A stretch of 64,000 bases of DNA, taken from contig JBDRSV010000024.1 in assembly GCA_043824495.1 (NCBI GenBank), forward strand, positions 32,001-96,000. Direction: 5' to 3'. Made by a program: the position numbers and the translations under genes. Positions 49,328 through 58,250 of this stretch are shown here, in pieces. Source of the DNA: Candidatus Aenigmatarchaeota archaeon. GTDB lineage: Archaea; Aenigmatarchaeota; Aenigmatarchaeia; QMZP01. How positions within the stretch are numbered: position 1 is the first letter of the stretch; each line of letters begins with the position of its first letter. The notes beneath the pieces are model-generated. The model was not told the origin of the DNA. It saw only the letters and a program-made list of their open reading frames with translations, and made no database searches.

Positions 49328-49834
49328 CTAGGATTCGCTTATATCAAACTCAAAATCTTTTGATGCTGCTGGTTTCCATTCAGTCACTTCAAAAGACGCT
49401 ATGTTTGTGTTGCCTACAAGATCAGATACTCTAACTAATATAGTATAATCTTCTTCTATGTGTGAACCATCATAAACCCATCTTTCAACACTCTCTCCAC
49501 CAGAACCTGTTAGATCTTCAAATCCAAGTTTTGTCAAAATGATAGTCTCAGGTTCTCTATCAGAGTACTGGATCTCTGCATATGGTTCTTGTATTTTTTC
49601 AGAACCCACAATTATCACACCCTTTACTCCCCAAGGTTGTATGTAAATCTGAGGAGCTTCTGTATCAAAGTCAACCTGGTTCAAAGTTTGAATTTGAGGA
49701 GAAAGAATTGGTTGAATTAGCTGACCTGCGGGTGAATTCCCTCTATCCAATTCGGCTTGTAAACTAAAAGAAAGATATGCCAAAGAAACTACAGCTATAA
49801 CAACGAGTCCGATGGCTAGAGGAGCTTGTTCCAT
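49328..49834 (-). CDS. Membrane-anchored protein with Ig-like domain paralogous to the C-terminus of 47842-49230
   Basis: DTEAPQIYIQPWG...EPYAEI...IILTK...VSDLVGNTN aligns with DDIAPEIYTRTWG...EPYATI...VILTK...VADLAGNTN. Confidence 0.65.
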   Translation of the reverse strand: MEQAPLAIGLVVIAVVSLAYLSFSLQAELDRGNSPAGQLIQPILSPQIQTLNQVDFDTEAPQIYIQPWGVKGVIIVGSEKIQEPYAEIQYSDREPETIILTKLGFEDLTGSGGESVERWVYDGSHIEEDYTILVRVSDLVGNTNIASFEVTEWKPAASKDFEFDISES

Positions 49835-49882
49835 GAATAGAAATTGGTATCATTATTTAAAACTTAGTGTGATTTTCTTGTT

Positions 49883-50314
49883 ATGTACATGGGTCCTCGT
49901 AGTCAAAGAGAAAGAGAGATTTCAAGAACCGCTGCAATTGTAGGTAGACATATTCGTGGAAAACAGGAAAGTCTAGGAATTACAGGACAACGATTAGCTC
50001 ATTTAACATGTGCAGATTTAGGATTGACAGAAAATAGTGCATCTGGAGTTATCGGTGACTATGGAAGAGGCTATTTTATCACTCCTTCAGATAATGCAAC
50101 AAGAACTAAAAAAAGAATAACAAGACTTGCAGTAATTTACAGAGACTTGAATATCAAGCCAGACGACCCAGAGATTGCTGAATTAAGAGAAACTTGGCCT
50201 GAGCTAATAGGAGATAAATGGTCTGACGTTGAAGAATACCCAGAAGCAGCACCAAAACCTCAGGAAGTGAATCCTTATATTGATATGACGTTAGTAGACA
50301 AAATGGTCTTCTAA
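49883..50314 (+). CDS. Hypothetical protein, possible degenerate XRE-like HTH
   Basis: VGRHIRGKQESLGITGQRLA resembles the start of an XRE HTH. Confidence 0.5.
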   Translation: MYMGPRSQREREISRTAAIVGRHIRGKQESLGITGQRLAHLTCADLGLTENSASGVIGDYGRGYFITPSDNATRTKKRITRLAVIYRDLNIKPDDPEIAELRETWPELIGDKWSDVEEYPEAAPKPQEVNPYIDMTLVDKMVF

Positions 50315-50378
50315 CTGAAGGTGATCGTGATTTTGTTGATTCTTTGATAACAAATATTCTTAGAAAATACCCAAGAGA

Positions 50379-51365
50379 TTAACCTTGTTGGCTGTGTAAG
50401 AAAACGTTCTTTAATTCAACTGTTTCTGTTCTATGAACTTTTACTCTGATTCCTTTTCTAATCATAATCAATCTTTTCTTTGGTCCTGGTACTGAACCTG
50501 AAATAATGATGTAATCACCTGTGATCTTTCCATAGTTTACCCATCCGCCCTTTGGTTCTATTTTGGTTCCGATTTGAAGAACTCTCTTATTATATTCTGT
50601 TCTTGCTTGGAAACCTAACTGACCTGCTTGAGCAATCTTACCTGGTAAAACTCTTGATGGCGTAACTGCACCCATTGTACCTACGTGTCTTCTCTTTCCT
50701 TGGTTCTTTCGTGATCTAACCTTAATACCGAATCTCTTAACAGGACCTTGGTAACCTTTACCTTTTGTTATAGCTCTAACATCAATCCAGTCTCCGCCTT
50801 TGAAAACATCAGAAGCTTTTAACTCGCTGCCTAACTTCTCTTTTGCATAAGCCAATTTCTGCTTAACTTCGCCTGATAAATGTAATTCAAATAGCTCTGG
50901 TTTTTTCTTTCCTATACCAGATTCTTTTGGTTTTGTGTGAACAAGTAATCTTACATCATGTAAGTTATCAATATCTTTTTCAGCGTCTTCTAATGCTTTC
51001 TTGTTATCTTTTTTCTTTGGTAAGAATGTTTTTCTTCCAAGATCTTTTGCTAATTTTTCAGAAAAAATAGTTGCAACATTTCTGGAACATCCAGAAGATC
51101 TTTTGTATGTTTTAATTCCACAAACAACAATAGAAGGACAATCAATAATTGTCACAGGCTCTACAATATCTTGACCGTGTGTAATTGAATCTTTTTTGTT
51201 ATCTGTATATGAAACTTGTGTCATGCCAGCTTTATATCCAGCAAAAAATAATGGTGTAACTTCTCCGATAGTATCTCTGGCTTTGAGTCTAGGATACATT
51301 CTTTTGGCTCTCTTTTTAGGCCAATATGCTCTGCTTCCCTTTTTCGGTTTGTGACCTTTTGCCAT
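50379..51365 (-). CDS. rpl3: 50S ribosomal protein L3
   Basis: PKKGSRAYWPKKRA, FAGYKAGMT, TKGKGYQGPVKRFG, GQLGFQARTEYNK. Confidence 0.97.
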   Translation of the reverse strand: MAKGHKPKKGSRAYWPKKRAKRMYPRLKARDTIGEVTPLFFAGYKAGMTQVSYTDNKKDSITHGQDIVEPVTIIDCPSIVVCGIKTYKRSSGCSRNVATIFSEKLAKDLGRKTFLPKKKDNKKALEDAEKDIDNLHDVRLLVHTKPKESGIGKKKPELFELHLSGEVKQKLAYAKEKLGSELKASDVFKGGDWIDVRAITKGKGYQGPVKRFGIKVRSRKNQGKRRHVGTMGAVTPSRVLPGKIAQAGQLGFQARTEYNKRVLQIGTKIEPKGGWVNYGKITGDYIIISGSVPGPKKRLIMIRKGIRVKVHRTETVELKNVFLHSQQG

Positions 51366-51367
51366 AT

Positions 51368-51766
51368 TTATACTCTACGTCCTCTGCGTCCTCCCTTCTT
51401 ACGTGTGGAATCGTGTGGTATTGGTGTGACATCTTCTATTTTACCGATTCTTAAACCTCTTCTAACCAATGCCCTTATTGCAGGTTGGGTTCCTTGTCCA
51501 GGTATTCTCTTCTTGTGTCCACCAGGTGCTCTGATCTTAAGATCGACACCTACATATCCTCTGTTTAGTGCATCTTCTGCTGCTCTTTTTCCTGCAAGCA
51601 TAGCAGGGAATGCACTTCCTTTATCCTTATCTTTATTAGTGACCATACCACCGCTGATTCTAGAAATTGTCTCAGAACCTGTTACATCTGTGATATGAAT
51701 GATAGTATTATTTACTGATGAATATATGTGAGCTATTCCCCATTTTCCTTTTCGTCTGTTATCCAT
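51368..51766 (-). CDS. rps11: 30S ribosomal protein S11
   Basis: [35 protein letters not shown]. Confidence 0.97.
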   Translation of the reverse strand: MDNRRKGKWGIAHIYSSVNNTIIHITDVTGSETISRISGGMVTNKDKDKGSAFPAMLAGKRAAEDALNRGYVGVDLKIRAPGGHKKRIPGQGTQPAIRALVRRGLRIGKIEDVTPIPHDSTRKKGGRRGRRV

Positions 51767-51767
51767 T

Positions 51768-52226
51768 TTAGCCGCCTCCGTTCTTTATTATATTACCTTC
51801 TTGTTCTATTGGAACCATGTATGAAGGGAACTTATTTCTTCTCCCTTCAATTATGATATGACCATGAGTTATCATCTGCCTTGATTCTTTTATTGCTTTT
51901 GCAATTCCTCTCTTTAATACAACCGTTTGTAATCTTCTATCTAATATATTAGTAATATCTAAAGCTAGAATATCGTCAAGTCCTTGACCTTTCTGAAGAA
52001 GACCAAACTTAAGCATCTTATCAATTAGTATTTTTTCTTTTTCTTGATCATTTGCACTGATAAGTTTTCTTGCTCTTTGTCTGAATTGTCTCAAAGACTC
52101 TCTTGCTAACCATAATTCTTTCTTTCTCCTTAGTCCATACTTGTTCATAACCTGTCTATCCTTCTTAAGTTCTATTATGTTCCAAGGGACTCGAGGTTTC
52201 TTGAACTTATTTCTTATGTTTCTCAT
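51768..52226 (-). CDS. rps4: 30S ribosomal protein S4
   Basis: [29 protein letters not shown]. Confidence 0.96.
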   Translation of the reverse strand: MRNIRNKFKKPRVPWNIIELKKDRQVMNKYGLRRKKELWLARESLRQFRQRARKLISANDQEKEKILIDKMLKFGLLQKGQGLDDILALDITNILDRRLQTVVLKRGIAKAIKESRQMITHGHIIIEGRRNKFPSYMVPIEQEGNIIKNGGG

Positions 52227-52230
52227 ACGA

Positions 52231-52683
52231 TCACTTCTTTGCCTTCTTCTTACTTACACCAACCGTTTTACCTTTTCTGAATGAGGATCTTGTTCTTTGT
52301 CCTCTTACAGGAAGACCGGCTGAGTGTCTTGTGCCTTTGTAAGTTTTCAATCTCTTCATTTCATTTATGTCCATTCTTTGTGTGAAATCTAACTGGCTCA
52401 CTATTATGTGTTTATTGTCACCAGTTGAAGGATCTTTTTGTCTGTTATATAACCATGAAGGAATATTGTGTTTAGCAGGATGATTTATTATATCTTCCAA
52501 TTGACTCACTTCTTGTTCTGTCAATTCACCAACTTTCTTGTCTGGTTGAGACCAGATAGACATAATAGCATTAGCATATGCGAAAGAAATCCCTTTCACG
52601 TTTCTTATAGCTACTTTTACTGGTTTTGAACCGTCCAGGTTTGTTTCTGCAAACCTTACTATTTGCTTAATTTTTTCTACCAT
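52231..52683 (-). CDS. rps13: 30S ribosomal protein S13
   Basis: TNLDG, PSWLYNRQKD, YKGTRHSAGLPVRGQRT. Confidence 0.96.
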   Translation of the reverse strand: MVEKIKQIVRFAETNLDGSKPVKVAIRNVKGISFAYANAIMSIWSQPDKKVGELTEQEVSQLEDIINHPAKHNIPSWLYNRQKDPSTGDNKHIIVSQLDFTQRMDINEMKRLKTYKGTRHSAGLPVRGQRTRSSFRKGKTVGVSKKKAKK

Positions 52684-52808
52684 ATTATCATCTCAGTATC
52701 TTGTAAGCTTATTAGTGATATTATTAGTGATATATAAGTTATATAATCTATTTAAAACAGATATATATACTTTAGTTAATTAATAGTACATAAAATTGGT
52801 AAAAAAAT

Positions 52809-53603
52809 ATGAAAAGTCCAATTTACAGCTTGAAAGGAGAAAAGATAGGAGATATGGAGTTAGGTAAAACTTTCTCTCAAAAAGTTAGACAAGATTTGAT
52901 AAAAAGAGCTGTATTATTTGAACAGTCTCATGAGAGACAATCATACGGTGCAGATCCCCTAGCTGGTAAAAGAACATCTGCTCATTATCATGGAAGAAGA
53001 GGAATAAAGCATTCTATGATGAATAGAGAAATGGCTAGAATGAAGAGGATTCACGGCACAGGATTTTTACACTTTACAGCAAGATTTGTTCCTCAAGCAG
53101 TTAAAGGTAGAAAAGCTCACCCACCTAAAGCAGAAAAAATATGGGAACTTAAAATGAATAAAAAAGAACACATGAAGGCTTTGTTATCTGCAATTGCAGC
53201 TACAGCTGATAAAGAATTTTTAGCAAAAAGAGGGCATAAAATAACTCACTTGAAACATGTTCCCTTAGTAATTGATGATAAATTCCAAGAACTCAAAAAA
53301 ACAAAGGATGTTCTAGAAATATTCAAACTTCTGGGTCTTTCAGAAGATGTAGAGAGAGCAAAAACAAAAAGCGTAAGAGCAGGAAGGGGTAAGACAAGAG
53401 GAAGAAAATATGTGAAAAAGAAAGGTCCTCTTTTGGTTGTAAATGAAGAAAGGGGTATAGAAAAGGCAAGTAAAAGTATCCCTGGAGTTGAAATTGCAAC
53501 TCCAAAAAGTTTGACAGTCCAGATGCTTGCACCGGGAACTGATCCAGGTAGATTAGTTTTATGGACAAAATCAGCAATTGAGCAATTACAGAAGAGTAAG
53601 TGA
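52809..53603 (+). CDS. rpl4: 50S ribosomal protein L4
   Basis: RQDLIKRAV, AVKGRKAHPPK, RAGRGKTRGRKY, LAPGTDPGRL. Confidence 0.96.
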   Translation: MKSPIYSLKGEKIGDMELGKTFSQKVRQDLIKRAVLFEQSHERQSYGADPLAGKRTSAHYHGRRGIKHSMMNREMARMKRIHGTGFLHFTARFVPQAVKGRKAHPPKAEKIWELKMNKKEHMKALLSAIAATADKEFLAKRGHKITHLKHVPLVIDDKFQELKKTKDVLEIFKLLGLSEDVERAKTKSVRAGRGKTRGRKYVKKKGPLLVVNEERGIEKASKSIPGVEIATPKSLTVQMLAPGTDPGRLVLWTKSAIEQLQKSK

Positions 53604-53608
53604 TAATT

Positions 53609-54109
53609 ATGACAGAAAAAATGGACCAAAAACTTGAAGAGAAAAAATTAGATGTAGAAATAGACAGAGCTGAGAAAGAATTCTTAGATCAAGAAAAGAA
53701 AGCAAAACAATCTGAAAAGCCAGTAGAAGGAAAACCTGCTGATAAATCAGCTAAACCAGAATCAACAGATGAAACAAAAGCACCCGCACCTAAACCAGAA
53801 TCAACAGATGAAACAAAAGCACCTGCACCTAAACTCGAATTAACAGATTTCAATCCTTGGGATGTCTTAAAATACCCTCATCTAACAGAAAAATCAATGA
53901 ACATGGTTGAAATAGAAAATAAACTTGTGTTTATAGTTGATAGAAGATCCACTGTTCCTGAAATAAAGCATGCAATAGAAGCTGGTTTTAATGTTAAAGT
54001 GGATAAATTAAACGTTGAAATTACACAAAAAGGTTTGAAAAAGGTTTATGCTAAACTAAGTCCAAATAATGATGCAGTTGATATTGCATCAAGAATGGGA
54101 ATGCTTTAG
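53609..54109 (+). CDS. rpl23: 50S ribosomal protein L23 with ~80-aa low-complexity N-terminal extension
   Basis: C-terminal YPHLTEKSM...NKLVFIVD...KKVYAKL...ASRMGML. Confidence 0.93.
   Translation: MTEKMDQKLEEKKLDVEIDRAEKEFLDQEKKAKQSEKPVEGKPADKSAKPESTDETKAPAPKPESTDETKAPAPKLELTDFNPWDVLKYPHLTEKSMNMVEIENKLVFIVDRRSTVPEIKHAIEAGFNVKVDKLNVEITQKGLKKVYAKLSPNNDAVDIASRMGML
53751..53834 (+). repeat. 39-bp tandem repeat (2 copies + partial) within rpl23
   Basis: ctaaaccagaatcaacagatgaaacaaaagcacc(c/t)gcac x2, encoding KPESTDETKAPAP. Confidence 0.95.
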
Positions 54110-54118
54110 GTGATTTAG

Positions 54119-54787
54119 ATGGGAAAAAGATTGATATCTCAGAGAAGAGGAAAGGGTTCATCTACATATAGATGTCCTGAAAAGTCCTTTTCACCAAAAA
54201 TAGAATATAGTAACCAGGTCGGCATTGTTAGAGATATTGTTAATGATACTAGAAGAGATGCTCCTCTAGCTAAAATTGAATATTCTGATCATCACTTTGG
54301 ATACATAATTGCTCCAGAAGGATTGAGAACAGGGCAAACAACTGATACTTTCGTAAGACAATTAAAAGACATACCAGAAGGTACCCGAATATTCTCTATT
54401 GAAACTGCTCCTAATACAGGACCACGATTATGCAGAACACCAGGAACTGCAGCTACTTTAGTGTCTAAAGGTAAAGAATGTATAATCCAGTTACCATCAA
54501 AAACAAAGAAAACACTTCATCCAAATTGTGTTGCAAGTATTGGTATTCCAAGCGGAGAAGGACAAAATGACAAACCTTTATTAAAGGCTGGAAAGAAATG
54601 GATAATTGCTCATAAAAGAGGTAAATTATACCCAAGAACATCAGGAAAGGCCATGAATGCCGTAGATCATCCTTATGGTGGTTCAGGTCATGGTAAAAGA
54701 AGATCTCCTGTGTCAAGAGATGCTCCACACGGAAGAAAAGTAGGACCAATATCACCAAGAAGAACAGGAATAAGAAAGAGGAAATAA
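54119..54787 (+). CDS. rpl2: 50S ribosomal protein L2
   Basis: MGKRLISQRRGKG, KAGK, MNAVDHPYGG. Confidence 0.96.
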   Translation: MGKRLISQRRGKGSSTYRCPEKSFSPKIEYSNQVGIVRDIVNDTRRDAPLAKIEYSDHHFGYIIAPEGLRTGQTTDTFVRQLKDIPEGTRIFSIETAPNTGPRLCRTPGTAATLVSKGKECIIQLPSKTKKTLHPNCVASIGIPSGEGQNDKPLLKAGKKWIIAHKRGKLYPRTSGKAMNAVDHPYGGSGHGKRRSPVSRDAPHGRKVGPISPRRTGIRKRK

Positions 54788-54788
54788 T

Positions 54789-55169
54789 ATGGTAAAATTT
54801 CAATACAAAGGTAAGTCATCTGAAGAACTTGAAAAGCTTGACGTAGAAGAAGTACAAAAAATACTGCCTTCCAGACAGAGAAGAACACTAAAAAGAGGAT
54901 TCAAATACAACCAAAAGAGATTGATGGAGAGGATAAAAAATAATCCAGGTAAATTTGTTAGAACAAAGAACAGAGATATCATAATCATTCCAGAATTTTT
55001 CGGAGTTAAGATAGGAATACATAATGGAAAGGATTATATATCCATAGACGTAAAGCCGGATATGATTGGACATAGGCTTGGTGAATTTGTACCAACAAGA
55101 AGAGCAGTTAAACACTCCTCACCAGGATTTGGTGCAACTAAATCATCAAAGTTCATACCACTTAAGTGA
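54789..55169 (+). CDS. rps19: 30S ribosomal protein S19
   Basis: FQYKG, HNGKDY, MIGHRLGEF, GATKSSKFIPLK. Confidence 0.96.
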   Translation: MVKFQYKGKSSEELEKLDVEEVQKILPSRQRRTLKRGFKYNQKRLMERIKNNPGKFVRTKNRDIIIIPEFFGVKIGIHNGKDYISIDVKPDMIGHRLGEFVPTRRAVKHSSPGFGATKSSKFIPLK

Positions 55170-55174
55170 TATAT

Positions 55175-55558
55175 ATGCATAAATATAGTTTGCAATTGAA
55201 CCCAAAGAACTCGGTCAAAGTTACTGGTAGGGCTGTTAGAATATCACAAAAGAATGCTGTTATTCTCTGTGATCAATTAAGAGGAAAGTCCTTGAAAAAA
55301 GGTAAAACATTCTTGAAGAATCTAGTGGATCAGAAAGAAAGTCTTAAAGGGAGATACTACACAAACACCGCAAAGGAACTGTTGAACTTACTGAGCTCTG
55401 GTGAAAGTAATGCTGAATTCAAAGGATTGGACATAGAAAGACTTATTATTCATGCTTCTGCAAGTAAATCGTTTACATTTTACAGACCAAGAAGTTTCAA
55501 ATCAGGAAGAACTCGAAGAAAAATGGCAAATGTGCAAGTAGTTCTTCAAGAGAGATAA
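55175..55558 (+). CDS. rpl22: 50S ribosomal protein L22
   Basis: VRISQKNA, LLSSGESNAEFKGLD, VQVVLQER; position between rps19 and rps3. Confidence 0.92.
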   Translation: MHKYSLQLNPKNSVKVTGRAVRISQKNAVILCDQLRGKSLKKGKTFLKNLVDQKESLKGRYYTNTAKELLNLLSSGESNAEFKGLDIERLIIHASASKSFTFYRPRSFKSGRTRRKMANVQVVLQER

Positions 55559-55559
55559 T

Positions 55560-56366
55560 ATGTTGAAAACGTTTTTCATTAAACAGGGAATCAAGGAAGC
55601 ACAAATAGATGAATTCATACGAAAAGAATTCCCTCTCGGAGATTATTCCAGAACTGAGTTACAGAGAACACCTCTTGGAACAAAGATAATTATCTACACA
55701 AATAAACCAGGAAGAATAATTGGTAGGGGCGGAAAGAACATTAATGATATTACAGATGCAATCAAACTTAGATTCGATCTAGAGAATCCACAGCTCGATG
55801 TCAGAGGAATAAGACAACCAGATTTGGATGCTAAGATAGTCGCAAAGCAGATTGCTTCTGCAATTGAGAAAGGTTATAATTACAAAAAAATCGGAAACCT
55901 AACACTCAACAGAATTATGCATGCGGGTGCAGCTGGAGCTGAGATTGTTATCGCAGGAAAACTTACAGGTGGGAAAGGAATGAGAAGTAAATTCATTGAA
56001 GGTTACTTAAAACATTGTGGACAGCCTGCTAAAGATTTGATTGACTTCGGTTTTGAAGAAGCTAAAACAAAACCAGGTAAAATTGGTGTCACAGTAAGAA
56101 TTATGAGAGATTTTGTTGATATTTCTGGACAAGTTGCAAAGAAACAAGAGGAAAAATTAAAAGAAACAAAAGAAAAACGAGCAAAGGAAGCTGAAGAAGA
56201 ATTAGAGCAGAAAGAAAAAAAACTAAAAGAAAGTAAAACAAAAACTAAACCAAAGGAAGAAAAGAAAGAGAAAAAAATAAAAGTCAAAGAAAGAAAAGTA
56301 GAAAAGAAAGTGGATAAGTCAAAATCAGCAACGAAGGCTGAATCAAAGAAAGAAACTAAAAAGTGA
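55560..56366 (+). CDS. rps3: 30S ribosomal protein S3 with K/E-rich tail
   Basis: RTPLGT, KPGRIIGRGG, AAGAEIVIAGKL, GKIGVTVRI. Confidence 0.96.
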   Translation: MLKTFFIKQGIKEAQIDEFIRKEFPLGDYSRTELQRTPLGTKIIIYTNKPGRIIGRGGKNINDITDAIKLRFDLENPQLDVRGIRQPDLDAKIVAKQIASAIEKGYNYKKIGNLTLNRIMHAGAAGAEIVIAGKLTGGKGMRSKFIEGYLKHCGQPAKDLIDFGFEEAKTKPGKIGVTVRIMRDFVDISGQVAKKQEEKLKETKEKRAKEAEEELEQKEKKLKESKTKTKPKEEKKEKKIKVKERKVEKKVDKSKSATKAESKKETKK

Positions 56367-56371
56367 TTATT

Positions 56372-56590
56372 ATGGCAATCATAAGACCAAAAGATTTAAG
56401 GAAAATGAATCCAAAAGATATTACTAAGAAGATGAACGAATTACAATTAGAGCTTGCTAAAGAGAGAGCAAACATAAACATCGGTGCCAGCGTTTCTTCT
56501 CCTGGCAGGCTAAAAGAAATTAAGAAAACAATTGCACGAATGAAAACATTGAAAAACGAAAAGCCTAAGGGAGGCAAAACTTCAAAATGA
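56372..56590 (+). CDS. rpl29: 50S ribosomal protein L29
   Basis: LRKMN...ELQLEL...PGRLKEIKKTIARMKT. Confidence 0.94.
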   Translation: MAIIRPKDLRKMNPKDITKKMNELQLELAKERANINIGASVSSPGRLKEIKKTIARMKTLKNEKPKGGKTSK

Positions 56591-56892
56591 GCGAAATTTG
56601 TAAAAAGTGTGGATTGCCCAAAGATCTTTGTACTTGCGAATTGATAACCAAAGAAAAAGAAAAGATAAGTATTTTCTGTGTTAAACGAAGGTATGGAAAA
56701 ACAATAACTATAGTTTCTGGATTAAGTAAAGATCTAAACGCAAAAGATATTCTGAAAGAACTGAAAACAAAGCTTGCATGTGGTGGAACACTAAAAGGTA
56801 ATGAGATAGAACTTCAGGGTAATCATGTGGGAAGAGCAAAACAGGTTATGATAAAACTTGGTTTCCAAGAAGAACAAATTGAAGTTAGGTGA
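56587..56892 (+). CDS. Translation initiation factor SUI1/aIF1
   Basis: ICKKCGLPKDLC, KRRYGK, LACGGT, IELQGNH. Confidence 0.95.
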   Translation: MSEICKKCGLPKDLCTCELITKEKEKISIFCVKRRYGKTITIVSGLSKDLNAKDILKELKTKLACGGTLKGNEIELQGNHVGRAKQVMIKLGFQEEQIEVR

Positions 56893-56897
56893 GGTTT

Positions 56898-57173
56898 ATG
56901 ATCTCTCCAAAAAACCTAGTTAGACACGAATTAATAGGTTTAGAAGTTAGAATAACTGATTCTTCAAACAAAAAACAAATTGGTTTGTCAGGAAAAGTTG
57001 TAGACGAGAGTAGAAATTTACTTACGGTTGAAACAGATAAGGGCGAGAAAAAATTCGCAAAAGAGCATTGTACATTCTCATTCAAAGTTGATTCTGAGTG
57101 GATCAAAATAGAAGGTAAACTACTTCTAGCAAGACCAGAAGATCGTGTAAAAAAGAAATTTAAAAAGTGGTAG
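56898..57173 (+). CDS. rnp1: Ribonuclease P protein subunit Rpp29
   Basis: RHELIGLEV, GKVVDESRN, IEGKLLLARPEDR. Confidence 0.94.
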   Translation: MISPKNLVRHELIGLEVRITDSSNKKQIGLSGKVVDESRNLLTVETDKGEKKFAKEHCTFSFKVDSEWIKIEGKLLLARPEDRVKKKFKKW

Positions 57174-57182
57174 TCCTATTCA

Positions 57183-57284
57183 ATGATTGATGTGTGCATG
57201 ATTTCAACAACAAAAACATCATCAAACAAAATTATGAGAAGAGTTCTTAGAAAGAATTATATTATAGAGCAGCTTCGAAAATAA
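57183..57284 (+). pseudogene. Possible C-terminal remnant of an AMP-binding (acyl-CoA synthetase-like) enzyme
   Basis: MIDVCMISTTKTSSNKIMRRVLRKNY resembles the adenylate-forming A10 motif (P[KR]TxS[GN]K[IV]MRRVLR). Confidence 0.35.
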
Positions 57285-57962
57285 CTACTTGTAAGCGACT
57301 AGGGAGAAACACTGACCAAAATAAGGGTTTTTAACTTCCTCAATATCTTTGAAACCGATATCTAATAGAATTTTTCTAACTTGGTGAAATGTGTGATTAT
57401 GTACACTAGATTTTGTTACATCTGTCTCAAAGTTTTTCTTGAATGTAGAAAAAGAAGATTCATATTCTTCTAAAACACCTTTCTTTCTCAAATCATTTTC
57501 ATATGAATGTAAGACTGTATCCAAGTCTTGTGAGGTTATTCTTCCAGTTAAAGCAAAAATACCCCCAACTTTTAATACCCTAAAAATCTCGCGTATATAG
57601 CTTTCGATGTCTCTTATGTAAGAGATAACAAACATCGAAGTCACACCATCAAACATTCCTTTCTTAAATGGAAGTGTCTCATCATCATTTATGTGCATTG
57701 CATGAAGCAAATGAGGAAATCCCGCACACTTCTGCTCCAGAATTTTGATTGCTTGTTGGCTGGTATCCACTGCATAGACTTCTTGTCCCATATTAAGAAG
57801 TTCTATAGTGACGTTGCCTGTGCCTGCTCCGCTGTCTAGGACAGTTTTAGAGCTTTCCATTGCAGATATATGGAAGTCCCTAACAGCTAAATATATCTCA
57901 GAGTGAAGTAGTATCTTATCATAAACTCTTAGGTGTTTACTTTCCCATATCTTAGATTTCAT
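57285..57962 (-). CDS. Class I SAM-dependent methyltransferase
   Basis: VLDSGAGTG motif I, VDTS, LPFKKGMFDGV, RVLKVGG. Confidence 0.88.
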   Translation of the reverse strand: MKSKIWESKHLRVYDKILLHSEIYLAVRDFHISAMESSKTVLDSGAGTGNVTIELLNMGQEVYAVDTSQQAIKILEQKCAGFPHLLHAMHINDDETLPFKKGMFDGVTSMFVISYIRDIESYIREIFRVLKVGGIFALTGRITSQDLDTVLHSYENDLRKKGVLEEYESSFSTFKKNFETDVTKSSVHNHTFHQVRKILLDIGFKDIEEVKNPYFGQCFSLVAYK

Positions 57963-58250
57963 GATTAAAATTGGTCTTGGAGACTAAAATCCTTTCTATG
58001 ATAAAAGACAACTGATGTGTTTAAAAAATTTAATTGCATTGTATACAGTATTATGCTATCTAATCTACATATCTCATAACCAGCTGACTTCAAGTCATCT
58101 TAGACGAGTAATTTCATCCTGGACACGCTGGCATTGTAAACTGGAATCAACACCTAGAGACGGCACAAGATACTTGGGTGTCTATTGTAAGGTGATTGAC
58201 ATAGTTGATCTGCTAACCATGAAGTTGAACGCATAACGTGGGGAGGGCAT

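Noticed and set aside
57171-57173. Amber read-through (pyrrolysine) extending Rpp29
   Set aside because: Rpp29 ends at its normal length and no pyl genes are in the window; the in-frame continuation is best seen as an insertion scar.
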